Shown here one piece after another: positions 59,155 to 64,000 of a stretch of DNA of 64,000 bases. Numbering within the stretch: position 1 is the stretch's first letter; every line of letters starts with the position of its first letter. Below the pieces are notes generated by a model. It was not told the origin of the DNA. It did not search any database and saw only the letters and a list, made by a program, of their open reading frames with translations. Position numbers and translations under genes: made by a program. Source of the stretch: Candidatus Nitrospinota bacterium M3_3B_026 (GTDB lineage Bacteria > Nitrospinota_A > UBA7883 > JBPRGF01); assembly GCA_051418015.1 (NCBI GenBank), contig JBPRGF010000018.1, positions 55,427 to 119,426 of the forward strand, read 5' to 3'.

Positions 59155-60233
59155 AAGCGCAAGTCGACCTCAAAGCTGGAATGAGCGCCATCGATATGAA
59201 AACGAACTGGCGCCGTATTTTCACTGTCAAGGTTCTGGGGGTCTTCGCGGTCTTCCTGGCGGCCGGGCTGATGACGGCTTGCGGGAAGATCAACTCCACG
59301 GACATCCCCAACAAGGGAGACTCGACTTTCGAGTTCTACTGGAACGGCAGCAGGGTGACGCCCAACAGCGAGCAGGGCCCCACCCTGCGGGCCAACGGCC
59401 GCGACACGATCACCGTCGGGGTCAAGGTCAAGGGCGCGAGAAGCAACCAGGTTGACTTTTTCCTTCCCGACGATTTCGCCACCTTCCCCGGGTGTACGAC
59501 ATCGGACGGATGGTGCTCCATGTACGTCGACTCGGTGACCGGCATGGCCAACGTCATAGTCCAGTCAAAGAGCGTCGCCGGGCGGGGCGAGCTGATCGCC
59601 TCCGCGGCGGATACCAGCGCGAGCCTGCTTGTCACCTTCGATTTCGCCACCCTGACTCTTTTCCCGTCGGTGGTCGTTCTGGGAGAGGCGAACACGTGGG
59701 CGATAATCGAGGCCCGGGGGGGGCTGACTCCCATCGAGTGGTGGGTCTCCCGCCCGGAGCAGATCGGAATCCATGAAAGGGACGAAACCTCTGTGCGGGT
59801 CTTCGTGAAGGATATCAGGAACCCGCTGGACTCCGGCACGCCGCCGGAGCCTGCGACGCTCTATGCCCTCGACGCCGAAGGGCAGAGCGCCGAGGCGTCG
59901 ATATATTCCGAGACATCGGGCTGCACGGAGGCCACGCTGACGGTGAGCCCGTCTACGGGGAAGGCCGCCAACGCCCCCACGTCCGTCTCCATCGTCCTGG
60001 AGGACTATGACGTCCGCGGCCAGAGTTCCGTCACCGTCTACATGACGAACCGCGCCGACAACACCACCCAGGCCGTCACGCTGTCCCAGTGGATGGTACC
60101 CGGCGTGTTCCAGGAGTCCATAACGCTGGCGGCCGGTCCGCTGGCGGGGGATACAGTTGAGTTTGAATACCCCGACGAGGCGGGGAGCGGTTGTATATCC
60201 GACGTCTCGACGGCCACATTCACCTGGAGTTGA
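59148..60233 (+). CDS. Hypothetical beta-rich (Ig-like) lipoprotein; start may be 59196
   Basis: LMTAC lipobox, LRANGRDTITV Big_1-like motif, Thr/Ser/Val-rich. Confidence 0.6.
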   Translation: MLKAQVDLKAGMSAIDMKTNWRRIFTVKVLGVFAVFLAAGLMTACGKINSTDIPNKGDSTFEFYWNGSRVTPNSEQGPTLRANGRDTITVGVKVKGARSNQVDFFLPDDFATFPGCTTSDGWCSMYVDSVTGMANVIVQSKSVAGRGELIASAADTSASLLVTFDFATLTLFPSVVVLGEANTWAIIEARGGLTPIEWWVSRPEQIGIHERDETSVRVFVKDIRNPLDSGTPPEPATLYALDAEGQSAEASIYSETSGCTEATLTVSPSTGKAANAPTSVSIVLEDYDVRGQSSVTVYMTNRADNTTQAVTLSQWMVPGVFQESITLAAGPLAGDTVEFEYPDEAGSGCISDVSTATFTWS

Positions 60234-60262
60234 TGGCGGCCTGAGTCACGGCGGGATTTCAC

Positions 60263-60300
60263 AAGAACCCGGGGCTTTTCAGAAAAGCTCCGGGTTCTTT
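60263..60300. terminator. Hairpin terminator between convergent genes
   Basis: AAGAACCCGGGGCTTTTC-A-GAAAAGCTCCGGGTTCTT. Confidence 0.65.
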
Positions 60301-60358
60301 CTGTTCGGCGTGATGTTCATACAACATCGGGCAGGGGGAAATCCGTCGTCGCGGGGTT

Positions 60359-60658
60359 CTATTTCAGCTTTCCGGCGTCGACGAACTCGTAGACCACCTC
60401 GTTAGGCTTCACCAAGCCCAGGCTTTCCCGCGCGACGGCCTCCACGTATTCGTCGCCTTGTCTCAGGGAGTAAAGCTCCATCCTGTTGCGTTCGTTCTCC
60501 CGCCTGATTTCGGCGATCTCCCGCTCAACCTTAGCGATGGAGGACTGGAGCTTCCGCAGGTCCCGCAGGCCGTTTTGCTTGTAATATGCCGTCACGGTCA
60601 CGGCGATGAAACATACAACCGCCAGCGATACCAGAATCCACGGCCTGCTTCGCTCCAT
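60359..60658 (-). CDS. ftsB: Septum formation initiator FtsB/DivIC
   Basis: TM helix, coiled coil, EAVARESLGLVKPNE; follows eno. Confidence 0.85.
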   Translation of the reverse strand: MERSRPWILVSLAVVCFIAVTVTAYYKQNGLRDLRKLQSSIAKVEREIAEIRRENERNRMELYSLRQGDEYVEAVARESLGLVKPNEVVYEFVDAGKLK

Positions 60659-60679
60659 GCGGATAATTATATAGCAAAA

Positions 60680-61969
<1,290 letters not shown>

Positions 61970-62202
61970 CTATCTATCAAAGCTCCCCGGAGTTTTTTGT
62001 TTTTCCCTGCTCCGGGTAGATTAATCGACACAGCGCCTTTAATCAACAACTCAGGGGGCCCCCGCCCCCGCCGCGCCTCGCCCGCCGCCCCCCCCCAACT
62101 CCTGGCAAGCCCTCCGGCATGCCTCCCGGGGCGCCTGTATGAGATTGTTATAAAAGCAGTTATTCCCGGGCCAGGCCGCTCCCGGGGTCTGGGCGGTTAT
62201 TG

Positions 62203-62417
62203 TTGACAGCTGCCCCGTTTTTTGCGTATATTTAAGTAGAGAGATAGTGGTGAGTCCCCTGTCAGGGGCATGTTCTTTTGGGCGGGTTTTTCCTCATTTT
62301 TCGGAAAAGGGGAAAAATGTCCGCAAAGAGAATTATTGTCTTGACTGGGGCGCTCGCAGAGGATACTATCATCGTTTCGTCGCCGGTAATCATCCGGCGG
62401 CGGATGGTTCTTTGAAA
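62203..62417 (+). promoter_or_regulatory. rRNA operon tandem promoters and boxB/boxA antitermination leader
   Basis: TTGACA(62203)-18-TATATT; TTGACT(62341)-17-TACTAT; hairpin 62378-62402; boxA-like GTTCTTTGAAA at 62407. Confidence 0.7.
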
Positions 62418-62545
62418 TCGAGGGAGCGCGTCTTGCAAGAGACGCTGTGACGCGGGCCTGCCGTTCTCTTTGCTGAGGACGGCCGGACCAATTTTTCGAG
62501 TTTCGCGCCGCGGGGCCTTTATGGCCGCGCGGCGAGACAGGATTT

Positions 62546-64000
<1,455 letters not shown>

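Overview
GC-rich bacterial chromosomal segment, mostly housekeeping. The partial 16S rRNA at the right end looks Nitrospinota-like by eye (tentative). The left half holds nadK (partial), a pseudo-receiver/TPR protein, an MFS transporter, a cyclase-FHA-FHA protein, yggS-proC-yggT-yggU, a GT4, two HD-GYP phosphodiesterases, lptF, ppdK, ribD-ribE-ribBA-ribH-nusB, holA, rpsT, ridA-yicC-gmk-SCO-DUF420 and rpmH-rnpA-yidD-yidC-jag. The right half holds hrcA-grpE, rsmB-PASTA-rsmI, a GAF-PilB/GspE ATPase, kdsD, HTH-pilMNOPQ-aroB, eno-ftsB and the 5' part of an rRNA operon. Four things stand out. (1) A sigma54-type promoter followed by about 250 nt of structured sequence with no long ORF and a strong terminator (45349-45626), a candidate sRNA. 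(2) A mosaic island at about 46.6-48.1 kb: palindromic repeats, hicBA, and an 842-bp inverted-repeat-bounded unit holding an integron-like HNH cassette and an IS21 right end. (3) Many apparently leaderless genes. (4) A type IV pilus locus with a non-lipidated NTF2-like/PilP fusion, extra Ig-like lipoproteins and an extremely AT-rich control region. All calls come from reading motifs; no database searches were run.
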